Assembly (NCBI GenBank): GCA_003009755.1
Contig: PXUB01000017.1
Coordinates: forward strand, 1-64,000
Direction: 5' to 3'
Origin: Thermoplasmatales archaeon SW_10_69_26
GTDB lineage: Archaea > Thermoplasmatota > SW-10-69-26
DNA length: 64,000 nucleotides
Positions 9,278 through 17,945 of this stretch are shown piece after piece. Positions within the stretch are counted from its first letter, which is position 1; every line of letters begins with the position of its first letter. Under the pieces are notes generated by a model that worked only from the letters and a program-made list of their open reading frames with translations, had not been told where the DNA came from and did not search any database. A program made the translations under genes and the position numbers.

Positions 9278-9362
9278 TTCCCGCCTCTGTGGGATCCTCT
9301 GCGTCTCTGTGCCTCTGTGGTCGGGTTCGCCGCTCTGCGCCCTCCGCTTCCTCCGCGCCCTC
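9278..9362 (-). repeat. CAGAG-rich repeat, copy C (inverted relative to A)
   Basis: CCTCTGCGTCTCTGTGCCTCTGTGG; reverse complement aligns to 6664-6748 at roughly three-quarters identity by eye. Confidence 0.7.
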
Positions 9363-9576
9363 TAGGCTTCCACGGCGTCGGGCCGGTGCACGTCCCAGAC
9401 CAAGCCGACCTTCTCGAGGGCGTCGATGACCCACTTGCCGGGGTCGACCTGCCACCAGTCGTGGCCGAGGTAGGCCGAGGTGGGGAAGGCGTGGTGGTTG
9501 TTGTGCCAGCCCTCGCCGAAGCCGAGCAGGGCCACGATCGGGTTGTTGCGGGCTTCGTCCTCGGTGTCGTAGGGGG
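9362..9576 (-). pseudogene. Orphan 3' end of an acyl-CoA/fatty acid desaturase
   Basis: Encodes PYDTEDEARNNPIVALLGFGEGWHNNHHAFPTSAYLGHDWWQVDPGKWVIDALEKVGLVWDVHRP, homologous to the C-terminus of 22444-23358; no 5' part. Confidence 0.85.
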
Positions 9577-9640
9577 GTGCCCCCGTCGTCTCGGCTGGGA
9601 GGCGTGAAGATTCTTCAAGCCGTCCGTCGGTTGGCCCACG

Positions 9641-10378
9641 ATGCCCGCACGCCTGGACGAGGTCGACAAGCGGATCCTCTACCACCTCGTTAAGGACGCC
9701 CGCAACACCAGCGCGCCCCAGATCGCCGAGGAGGTCAACGTGAGCTCGGCCACGATCCGGAACCGGATCGACCAGCTCGAGGATGAGGGCATCCTCGAAG
9801 GCTACCATGCCCGGATCGACTACGAGCGCGTGGAGGGCCGGTTGACCAACCTCTTCGTGTGCACCGTTCCCGTCGCCGAGCGCGAGCGCCTGGCCCAGCA
9901 GGTGCTCGACGTGCCCGGCGTCGTCCACGTCCGTGAGCTGATGACCGGCCAAGGGAATCTCCATATCAAAGGGGTCGGGGAGGACATGGGTGACGTCAGC
10001 CGCATCGGGCGCAAGCTGACGAACCTCGGTGTGGAGATCCAGGACGAGCACCTGGTCCAGCGCGAGCACCAGCGCCCCTACCGGTCCTTCGGGCCGGGAA
10101 GGGAGGTGGATCGAAGCGGAATCGCGGACTTCGTGAGCCTGGCTGGGGGGGCCGAGGTCCTCGAGGTGGCGGTGAAGGACGGCGCTCGCCTTGCAGGCCG
10201 GACGCTCAAGGAGGCCAACGCTGAGGGGCTGCTGGATCCCAGCGTCCTCGTGATCGGGATCGAACGCGGTGACGAGACGCTCACCCCGCGAGGCGACACG
10301 CAGGTCCGCGGGGACGACTTGGTCACGATCTTCTCGAGGCGCGGCATCGACGACGACATGCTCGCTGCTTTCGGCTGA
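9641..10378 (+). CDS. Lrp/AsnC family regulator with C-terminal TrkA-C (RCK_C) domain
   Basis: LDEVDKRILYHLVKDARNTSAPQIAEEVNVSSATIRNRIDQLE; C-terminal IERGDETLTPRGDTQVRGDDLVTIF. Confidence 0.9.
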   Translation: MPARLDEVDKRILYHLVKDARNTSAPQIAEEVNVSSATIRNRIDQLEDEGILEGYHARIDYERVEGRLTNLFVCTVPVAERERLAQQVLDVPGVVHVRELMTGQGNLHIKGVGEDMGDVSRIGRKLTNLGVEIQDEHLVQREHQRPYRSFGPGREVDRSGIADFVSLAGGAEVLEVAVKDGARLAGRTLKEANAEGLLDPSVLVIGIERGDETLTPRGDTQVRGDDLVTIFSRRGIDDDMLAAFG

Positions 10379-10386
10379 GGATGGCG

Positions 10387-11289
10387 CTAACTGAGCTGCC
10401 CCTCGTGGACCACGAAGCTCCAACCTGGAGCCTTCCGCCGGACACGCCTCGAGGTCGATCCGTAAACCAAGCGCTTCAACCGGCCCGTCGTAGGCGCCCC
10501 GACGACGAGGCTTCCATCATCTCGCCCCTGCCGAAGGAGCGCCTCGGCGACGTCGTCCTCCTCGAAGACCTCCGCCCGAATATCGACGTCCGCGTCCTGT
10601 AACACTGCGACCTCCTCCCGAAGGCGGGACAGCTCCTCGTCCCATTCCCCGCCGCCGGCCTCCGAGTCGATGACGTGCACCATCGAGGCCCGCAGATCCC
10701 AAGCCTTCCCGAGGACCCCAGCGAACCAGTGAACCGCCTCTCGGTGGGGTCCCCCCGCCAGCCCCGCGGTGACCCCGGAGGGCCGCTCGGAGACCGGAGG
10801 CGGGCTGTAAACCACCGAACGGGACCCAAGGGACGCCATGATCTCCTCGGCGACATCCTCGGGGATCGCGCCACCTGGGCTGGTCGGTTGCTGGCCCGGC
10901 AGCAGGACGAGACGCGCGTCGTGCTCCGCGGCACCCTGGACGACGAGCGAGGACAAACTGTGGCCAAGCCGCACGACTCCGTCGATCTGCTGGGTCCGAC
11001 CCTCGGCCCGATCGACCACCGCCTCGACCGCCTCCCGATGAGGTCCAACGATCTGGGGGTCCGAGTCGTCGAGTGGCGTCCCGTCGGGGACGACCGCAGG
11101 ACGTAGCAGCAACAGCTCGATGTCCAGCGCCTCCGCTATATCTAGCCCCAGCCGCAGATCGACCTCGAAGGACCGCTGTTCCGGGAACACCTGCAGGATC
11201 GGCCCCGCCGCGGGATCCTCGCCGTGGGCCCGAGCGGCATCGAAGAGCCGTTCCCGCAACGGCTCCAGGTCGTTGGCCACCTCGTTCAT
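10387..11289 (-). CDS. Universal stress protein (two USP-like domains)
   Basis: LVVGAPTTGRLKRLVYGSTSRRVRRKAP; GLAGGPH motif. Confidence 0.75.
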   Translation of the reverse strand: MNEVANDLEPLRERLFDAARAHGEDPAAGPILQVFPEQRSFEVDLRLGLDIAEALDIELLLLRPAVVPDGTPLDDSDPQIVGPHREAVEAVVDRAEGRTQQIDGVVRLGHSLSSLVVQGAAEHDARLVLLPGQQPTSPGGAIPEDVAEEIMASLGSRSVVYSPPPVSERPSGVTAGLAGGPHREAVHWFAGVLGKAWDLRASMVHVIDSEAGGGEWDEELSRLREEVAVLQDADVDIRAEVFEEDDVAEALLRQGRDDGSLVVGAPTTGRLKRLVYGSTSRRVRRKAPGWSFVVHEGQLS

Positions 11290-11636
11290 CGACTCACCTT
11301 CTCCGTCACGAAGAAAAGGGGGCTTCTCATTATCCTTCCGTTACTCTGACCCCTCACATTTTAGTGTATCAGTAGTTTCAGGGGGTGTCTGGTGAGAGCT
11401 GGGCTCTGAGGTGACCGCGAACTGACTCTCCCGCTGCCTTGGGGAATTACGCTGACGCTTGCCCTCTACCTCGCACTGCTGGTCTCCACCGGGCACGTCA
11501 GGCGCGTCGCCGGCGACCTCCAGGGACACCCCAGCCAACGCCACCCCACCCACGAGAGGACCACGGGGAGTCGGGTGCCTGAGAAGGAAAGCCCGACTTG
11601 TCGGGGAGACGAACCCGTCCCTGGGAGGTGCCCGCC

Positions 11637-13265
11637 GTGACGCGCTCCTCGAAGCGTCAGGCGGGCGGACGGCTCGCCACCCTGAAGACGGTCATCCGCG
11701 ACGTTGGCGCCCTCCAGATCCTCGTCGGCGCGCTGATGAGCCTACCCCTCCTCGTATCGTTACTCTATCGCGAGTGGTACAGCGCGCTTGCGTTCCTGGT
11801 CGGCGGAGCCCTCGCCTCGCTGATGGGGGCCCTGGCCTACGGGCTTTGCGAGAGCGCGCGCGAACCCACGAAGGCGGACTCGATGACGATCGCCGCCGCG
11901 GGATGGCTGACGACGGCCGTGTTCGGAGCTGTCCCGTTCGTTGTCGCCGCTTACGCGACCCCGCACTCCGTGCTCGCCGGATTCGTTCCGGCGGGCGCCG
12001 ACTACAGTTCGAGCCTGTTGAACTTCCGTGACCCGCTGCACGCGCTCTTCGAGAGCATGAGCGGCTACACGACGACGGGGTTGACGATGAGCGTGCACGA
12101 ACCGTCCGTCGGTCACGGCTTCCTGTGGTATCGATCCCAGATGCAGTGGGTTGGCGGCGCCGGCATGATCGTCCTCTCGCTGGCGATCTTGCGACAGCCC
12201 CACGGCCCCGCGGGCCGGTCGCTGTACCAGTCCGAGGCCCGCAGCACGCGACTTCGGCCCAGCATCGCGAGCACGGCACAGGCGATCTGGAAGATCTATC
12301 TGGGCCTGACGCTGCTCGTGGCCGTCTACCTGACCGGCGTGCTGCTCGTCGCCAACCCAGGCTACGGGCTCGAGAACACGGTCTTCGATGCCCTCAACCA
12401 TGCGATGACGGGCCAGTCCACGGGTGGATTCAGCACCCTGGACGACTCGATCGCCGGCTACGGTTCCTACCTGATCGAGATGCTCCACGTTCCGGCGATG
12501 GTGACGGGCGCCGTCGCGATCCCCGTCTACTACGCGGCCTCCACGAAACGGAGCCTCCGGCCGATCCTCGAGGACCCCCAGGTCCGCCTTCTCGCCGTCA
12601 GCTGCCTGGTCGGCGTCGCCATCCTCTCGTTGTTCCTCACCGGGTTCGTGGGCTTGCCCTACACCGGCGACCTCACCAGCTGGCTGGCGGACGTCCTCGG
12701 CGGCCAAGCCTTCCGAGACGGGGTCTTCCAGTACATCAGCGCAGCGACCACGACCGGGTGGCAGACCTCCGCCATCGGGGATTGGCCCCCCGGCGCGGTC
12801 TTGTTCATCGTGATCGGTGCCATGCTGGCCGGCGGTTCCGCAGGTGCCACCGTCGGCGGCATCAAGCTCAGCCGGATCTACGTCCTGTTTCGCGGGATCG
12901 CGGCGGAGATCACGGATATCTTCCTGCCCGAACACGCGCTCGAGAGCCTTCGGGTCGGCCAGATCCGCCTCTCCGAGGAAGAGGCCAACGTGGAGATCCG
13001 GGCCGCGGCCGTGTTCACGTTCCTCTACCTGATCGTGCTCGCCATCTCCCTGTTCGTGCTCCTCTGGGTCCTTCCCCCGCAGTACTCGTTGGCCGACGCC
13101 ATCTTCGAGGTCGCCACGGCCCAGGGCACCGTCGGCCTATCCGCGGGGATCACTGCCCCCTCGATGCCCACCACTGTCGAGGTCCTCTTCATCGTGCAGA
13201 TGTGGATGGGCCGATTGGAGATCATCCCCGTCCTCGTGTTCGTCCGGAACCTCGCCAGGAGCTGA
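11637..13265 (+). CDS. trkH: Trk potassium uptake membrane subunit
   Basis: FESMSGYTTTGLT, TGQSTGGFS, SAATTTGWQ and TAQGTVGLS pore loops; MWMGRLEI; GGAGGT RBS before GTG 11637. Confidence 0.93.
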   Translation: MTRSSKRQAGGRLATLKTVIRDVGALQILVGALMSLPLLVSLLYREWYSALAFLVGGALASLMGALAYGLCESAREPTKADSMTIAAAGWLTTAVFGAVPFVVAAYATPHSVLAGFVPAGADYSSSLLNFRDPLHALFESMSGYTTTGLTMSVHEPSVGHGFLWYRSQMQWVGGAGMIVLSLAILRQPHGPAGRSLYQSEARSTRLRPSIASTAQAIWKIYLGLTLLVAVYLTGVLLVANPGYGLENTVFDALNHAMTGQSTGGFSTLDDSIAGYGSYLIEMLHVPAMVTGAVAIPVYYAASTKRSLRPILEDPQVRLLAVSCLVGVAILSLFLTGFVGLPYTGDLTSWLADVLGGQAFRDGVFQYISAATTTGWQTSAIGDWPPGAVLFIVIGAMLAGGSAGATVGGIKLSRIYVLFRGIAAEITDIFLPEHALESLRVGQIRLSEEEANVEIRAAAVFTFLYLIVLAISLFVLLWVLPPQYSLADAIFEVATAQGTVGLSAGITAPSMPTTVEVLFIVQMWMGRLEIIPVLVFVRNLARS

Positions 13266-13338
13266 GAACGATGCCGAACGACGATCAAGCCCGCAACACC
13301 GCAAGCGAGAACGGCCAAGCGCATATCAGGGAGACGCC

Positions 13339-14037
13339 ATGTACCTGATCGTGGTCGGGGGTGGCCGAACGGCCAGAGCCATCCTGGAGCTCGCGATCCC
13401 GGACGGACACGACGTGGTCGCGATCGAGAAGGATCCCCAGCTCGCCGAGGAGCTGGAGGTCTACTACGACTGCATGGTGATCAACGCCGATGCGACATCG
13501 GCGGCGATCCTCGAGGAAGCCGGCGTCCGGGAGGCCGACGCGCTCATAGCCACGACCGCCGACGAGTCGGTGAACTTGATGGCCTGTATGTTCGCCAGGA
13601 AGTTCGGGGTGGACACGCTCGTCAGCTCCGTCACCGACCCCGAGCACATCGAGCTGTTCCGGGGGCTCGGCGTCGAGGTGACCGAGAGCCCCCACCGCTT
13701 GAATGGGCGCTACCTGTACCGGTCGGTCGACCGTCCCGCCGTCGAGGGAGTGATGGAGATCGCCGACACGGCGGAGATCCTCGAGATCGAGATCGAGGAG
13801 CAGGCGCCGATCGCGGGCCTCACGATCGACACGGCCAGCAAGAGGGGGTTCCTCACCGACCAATCCGTCGTGATCGCCGTGGTCCGCGACGGCGACCTCC
13901 ACATCCCGCGAGGGGATACCCGTCTGGACGCCGGAGACACGATCTCGCTGCTCAGACGACGCGGCCACTCCGCGGAGGCCGAGGCCGCCTTCACCGCCAA
14001 CGGCGGCACCGACACCGCGTCCGATACGACGAGCTGA
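13339..14037 (+). CDS. trkA: Trk potassium uptake NAD-binding subunit
   Basis: IVVGGGRTA Rossmann motif, DATSAAILEEAGVREAD, IPRGDTRLDAGD. Confidence 0.92.
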   Translation: MYLIVVGGGRTARAILELAIPDGHDVVAIEKDPQLAEELEVYYDCMVINADATSAAILEEAGVREADALIATTADESVNLMACMFARKFGVDTLVSSVTDPEHIELFRGLGVEVTESPHRLNGRYLYRSVDRPAVEGVMEIADTAEILEIEIEEQAPIAGLTIDTASKRGFLTDQSVVIAVVRDGDLHIPRGDTRLDAGDTISLLRRRGHSAEAEAAFTANGGTDTASDTTS

Positions 14038-14370
14038 CCGCTGGAGGTCTACGATCGGATCCAGGCCACCGGCAGCGAGCACTGGCTCGAGCGGGCGCCG
14101 GAGGGCGGCATGTTCGTGTGCGTGAAGTCCCGGCTCTCGGGGCGGATCTTCCGCTAACCGTTCGGCTACTACGACAGCATCGTGCGGCTGCTGCGCTGGG
14201 AGTACAAGCAAGAGCAGCGGGAGAAGCGCTGGGCGACGTTCGAGCGGCTGGGCGAGGACAGCCGCGCGAACCTCAGCGAGGACGCGATCTGCCCCGAGCC
14301 GCTCGACGAAGACGATGCGTGGGGCACCTACACCGGCAAGCCGCGCGTGGCGACGCCGGCGCGGGAGTAG
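14038..14370 (+). pseudogene. Startless gene remnant with in-frame TAA at 14155-14157
   Basis: Coding-like frame LEVYDRIQATGSEHWLERAPEGGMFVCVKSRLSGRIFR*PFGYYDSIVRLLRWEYKQEQREKRW begins immediately after the trkA stop. Confidence 0.5.
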
Positions 14371-14504
14371 GCGTGTGGCAGCGGTCGCGCTGTGGGGCGG
14401 GTGTCCCCGGCTACCCGTCCGCCGCCTACAGCCTTCCTCCGACCCCGGCTATCCGCTATCAAAGGCGGTAACGGTTAACCCCCGCGCTCGCTTCATGGTA
14501 CTCG

Positions 14505-15278
14505 ATGGCGCAGGTGGTGGTTGCGGACTCGAACGCGCTCCGAGCCCTACTGCACGCTTTCCCGGGCGGCGAGGAAGTGTTTCATCCTCTCCAGCTTCGA
14601 GCAGATGACCAGGGACTAACGATCGCTGCGACGCAGAAGGCCGGCTCCTTCATGGCGAAACTCGAAATTGATGGAAGCGGCCTGGAACGTCAGCCCGCGA
14701 CGACAGCGGAGATGAGTCTCCTCCCTGACCAGTTCAAGTCGGTTCTTCAACCAACAAAATCCCAGTCCTTCTCTCAGGGCGACATCCGCGCCACCTTCGA
14801 TCTAGACGGAAACCGGATGCGGGTGAAGCTGGAAAGTGATGAACATCCGAGGGTGATTCGCCGGACAATCACGGCCGCCTCAGGCGGAAAACTACATTTC
14901 GAGAACCTTCCAGGCTTCGATGACGCTGCCCAAGCCCCAGATTTGGACCCGGTCATCCTGAACGAAGCAAGTGATCTCTTCCTTGCCACCGATGATGTGG
15001 ATCGGGTCCACCTCGAGATCTCTGATGGAAGGTTGGAGTTCGAATCACGGCCCCGCCCAGAAGATGCCGAATGCTTCGAGGAGGGATTGACGACAGAGGG
15101 CGAAGGTTCGACCTTGATCCTGCCGAAGTTCCTGGATGACGCCTCCGCGATCGCGAAGAGGAACACGGGCGTCGGAATCGCGTCCAGCGAACTTCGCGTT
15201 ATCGAGCGAGGACCGGTCCGTTTCCGATATAATCTGACGTGCGGTTCAGCGACCTACTGGGTGGGGCCTTCTCTGTAG
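14505..15278 (+). CDS. Divergent PCNA (DNA sliding clamp)-like protein
   Basis: 257 aa. N-terminal LQLRADDQGLTIAATQKAGSFMAKLEIDGSGLE and C-terminal PVRFRYNLTCGSATYWVGPSL match the PCNA pattern (GL.I.A.D...V.M..L.L...F and P....Y......G.....LAP). TTAA box about 27 nt upstream. Confidence 0.7.
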   Translation: MAQVVVADSNALRALLHAFPGGEEVFHPLQLRADDQGLTIAATQKAGSFMAKLEIDGSGLERQPATTAEMSLLPDQFKSVLQPTKSQSFSQGDIRATFDLDGNRMRVKLESDEHPRVIRRTITAASGGKLHFENLPGFDDAAQAPDLDPVILNEASDLFLATDDVDRVHLEISDGRLEFESRPRPEDAECFEEGLTTEGEGSTLILPKFLDDASAIAKRNTGVGIASSELRVIERGPVRFRYNLTCGSATYWVGPSL

Positions 15279-16234
15279 CCGAGAGAGGCTTGGAACGTTT
15301 CGGGGATCTCGATCCCTTCCCCGTTTTCCCCGTGGAGTAGCTCGGGGAGAACCAGTTCGTTGATCCCATCGGGAGGGCCATCCCTGAGGGGGAGCTTATC
15401 CTCGATCCAGGAGATGGATTCGAGCTTCCCGAACCCCTCCACCCGTTCTGACTGGTGTAGATCAACGCCATCCGGCATGACCAGAACCAATGGGTCGAAC
15501 TGAGGGTTCACCACGTATGCCGATGCAAATACGCTCCGCCACTCGAAATACGAGGTCACATCTTCTTCAATCGTTCCAGAAACAGGATACTTTCTCCCGA
15601 AATAGGAGGTCCGGTCTATTTTGCTCGGATGGGGGAAGCAGAACCGAGGGTGACCTTTGGGGCCTCCGACGGTCAAGACCTCGCCATGCTCTTCGAGCTC
15701 GTTCACGTAGTTGAGAAGGCCGGAGTAGCTAATCCGGAAGGAGGCGTCCTTACGGAGTCGGTTGTGGAGCTTCTGGATGTATAGTCCGGGATTCTGCTCC
15801 ACGAACTCGGTGACCTTGGCCATGCGGGCTGTCTTCGTTTCCTGCGTCTGGGACGATATGTACTCTTCAAGGCCAGCCTCGACTTCGGCCCATTCGTCGT
15901 CTCGGGCTACACCTGGCTGGACCCGCTCTTGGAGCAAGCTACGGAGATCTCTGGAGGTCCGGTCGATGAGTTCGAATACCGCCTCGATGTCTCCCTCATC
16001 GATGTTTCGGCCCCGTTCAGTCTCGTTCTGAAGATGTTGAACGAGGCCTATCTCATCCTCTGGCCGCTCGGCTTCCTCAACGAACCGCAGGATGGGTTCC
16101 CAGCGCTCTGGTCCGACTCTCTGATCCTGGAAGGCATGTTTGGCGATAGAGAGGAGATGATGGCGGACGTTGGGAGCGTCCTCGGCGAGTTCGCTCGCCT
16201 TCAGGGGGGCGCGAAGATCATGCACTCTCTTCAC
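15254..16234 (-). CDS. Hypothetical protein with central winged HTH and possible C-terminal OB-like domain
   Basis: RMAKVTEFVEQNPGLYIQKLHNRLRKDASFRISYSGLLNYVNELEEHGEVLTVGG; start overlaps the upstream peptidase stop. Confidence 0.7.
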   Translation of the reverse strand: MKRVHDLRAPLKASELAEDAPNVRHHLLSIAKHAFQDQRVGPERWEPILRFVEEAERPEDEIGLVQHLQNETERGRNIDEGDIEAVFELIDRTSRDLRSLLQERVQPGVARDDEWAEVEAGLEEYISSQTQETKTARMAKVTEFVEQNPGLYIQKLHNRLRKDASFRISYSGLLNYVNELEEHGEVLTVGGPKGHPRFCFPHPSKIDRTSYFGRKYPVSGTIEEDVTSYFEWRSVFASAYVVNPQFDPLVLVMPDGVDLHQSERVEGFGKLESISWIEDKLPLRDGPPDGINELVLPELLHGENGEGIEIPETFQASLGYREGPTQ

Positions 16235-17129
16235 CTAGTATGTCGGCGGCCAGCTGGATGCGCGGCGAATCCGTACTTTCTCCATCTAGTACCCTATAAA
16301 CAACTCGGTGGGGTATTTTAGCGTTGTTGAGAGACTGTTCGAGGCTTTGCCCATCCTCCTTGGCTTTTCGGTATTCTTCATTCTCTCCAGGGGGGAGAGC
16401 TTCTAAGAGAGGTTTCAGGAAGCCTTGCACGTCCTCTGCGAAGTCACCCGACCAGAGACTATGGGCAATCTCGTGTAGCAGGGTTCCTCGAAATGCAAAA
16501 GACGGGTGCTCGGGGAACTTACGCCGAGTCTCATAGCCTTCGTCCGCCTTGAACCGAACGAGGTCTCTCGGGAACGCCGGTCCTCCACAGGAGAGCCCGA
16601 AGAGATCGGCGAGGGCTTCTCCTCGCCGCCTCATCTCGGCCAAGAGGCTCCAGGACTTGTCATAGACAGCCGACTGGCCGTGGGCTACCTCGTGAAAGAG
16701 CAGGCCCGGATATCCGCCGGGCTCCATAGGGTAGTCTACGCTGTCTAGGATGACGAGAGTGATGCTTCCCTCCCCTCGTCGAGGGTAAACCACCGGGCTG
16801 GATCGGGTCCCCGGTACAATCAGGACCTCGATTCTATCCTCAGTGCAAACCTCCTCAGCGGCCTCGATGCAGAGCTCCACGATCCGCTCGTCCGTGTTTA
16901 CGTGGCCATCATCGAGCTGGGAGGCGACCCTTGTCAGGTCCGAGGCTTGCCGCTTGAGAACCTGGACCTTCCTCTCGGGCATCCAGGCCTCAGCGGTTTC
17001 AATCTCTTCGCTGAGGTTTTCGTGCCAGCGGAGCAGATTGTCCAACGAGTAGGATTCAATCCAGCCATGGCCTTCGGCCTTATCCAAGATCGACGGAACG
17101 CGATGGAACCGCTGGGCCGCCTCGTCCAT
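16218..17129 (-). CDS. Zinc metallopeptidase-like protein (HEXXH)
   Basis: LLFHEVAH ... EALADLFG ... HPSFAFR, the gluzincin (M48/M78-like) arrangement; no signal peptide. Confidence 0.75.
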   Translation of the reverse strand: MDEAAQRFHRVPSILDKAEGHGWIESYSLDNLLRWHENLSEEIETAEAWMPERKVQVLKRQASDLTRVASQLDDGHVNTDERIVELCIEAAEEVCTEDRIEVLIVPGTRSSPVVYPRRGEGSITLVILDSVDYPMEPGGYPGLLFHEVAHGQSAVYDKSWSLLAEMRRRGEALADLFGLSCGGPAFPRDLVRFKADEGYETRRKFPEHPSFAFRGTLLHEIAHSLWSGDFAEDVQGFLKPLLEALPPGENEEYRKAKEDGQSLEQSLNNAKIPHRVVYRVLDGESTDSPRIQLAADILGEESA

Positions 17130-17456
17130 TTCCGTCGCCCCATAGGGTCAGGATCTCTCCCCTTACAAGTAGGTCGCTCTCTGCAGGGTGAAACTGGATC
17201 AGTCATGGCTCCGACGATCGTATCGGAGCAGGGCCTATGCTGGGTGAAGTAGACGAACAGGCCATGCCAGCCCGGGCGAAGCGAGGAGGCAGCCCAGGTC
17301 ACGATACGGAGTGATGAAGCAGAGGATAGACCGGTTACGGAAGCCGAGCGTTCAGTCCTTCCTCTCCTATCCGGCCGAGGCGCGTCAATGGGCACTGGTC
17401 GCAGGAGCCCGGGGGGACCGCTACGCGCATACCCCAGGACTCGGTCTACGGGTGGA

Positions 17457-17945
17457 ATGACTACCTTCGATCCCGAACAGATGAGCCGCCTCCGAGCCCG
17501 CCTCGAGGAGCTGCGCGCCTCGGACGAGATGCTGTGGACCGAGCGGGACTTCCAGCTGTTCTGCCGCTGGTTCAAGCGCCACAAGGAGGACATGATCGAC
17601 GGCAAGCTGAGACAGCTGAGGTTCATGGCGCGCCACGAGGATGCGCCGGTCGAGCTGCGGGAGACGAAGGACGAGGCTATCGACACGTTCCTGCGCTACG
17701 TCGTCCACCGCGAGCATGTCGAGGGCAAGACCCGCGCGGCGGTCGGTAACGACCACAAGGCGTTCCGCACGCTGGGCGATCTGGTCGGGATCGACCGCGA
17801 CAAGCTGCCCGTGGTCCCCACCGAACTGGGCGCTGGCCGGTCAAACCTCGCTCTGAACAAGATCAATCTCTTCCTCGGTAAGTCCGTAGAAGAGGTGCAC
17901 GATCTGATTGATCAGATCATCGGTCTTAGAGATCTGGATGTCTAG
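17457..17945 (+). pseudogene. N-terminal fragment of a tyrosine recombinase/integrase-like protein
   Basis: Helical SAM-like segment IDTFLRYVVHREHVEGKTRAAVGNDHKAFRTLGDLVG; no catalytic domain; after about 17840 the frame is antisense to the RM gene. Confidence 0.45.

Noticed and set aside
9362-10423. 353-aa minus-strand ORF as a desaturase fusion protein
   Set aside because: Only the last ~70 aa are desaturase; the rest is antisense to the Lrp regulator.
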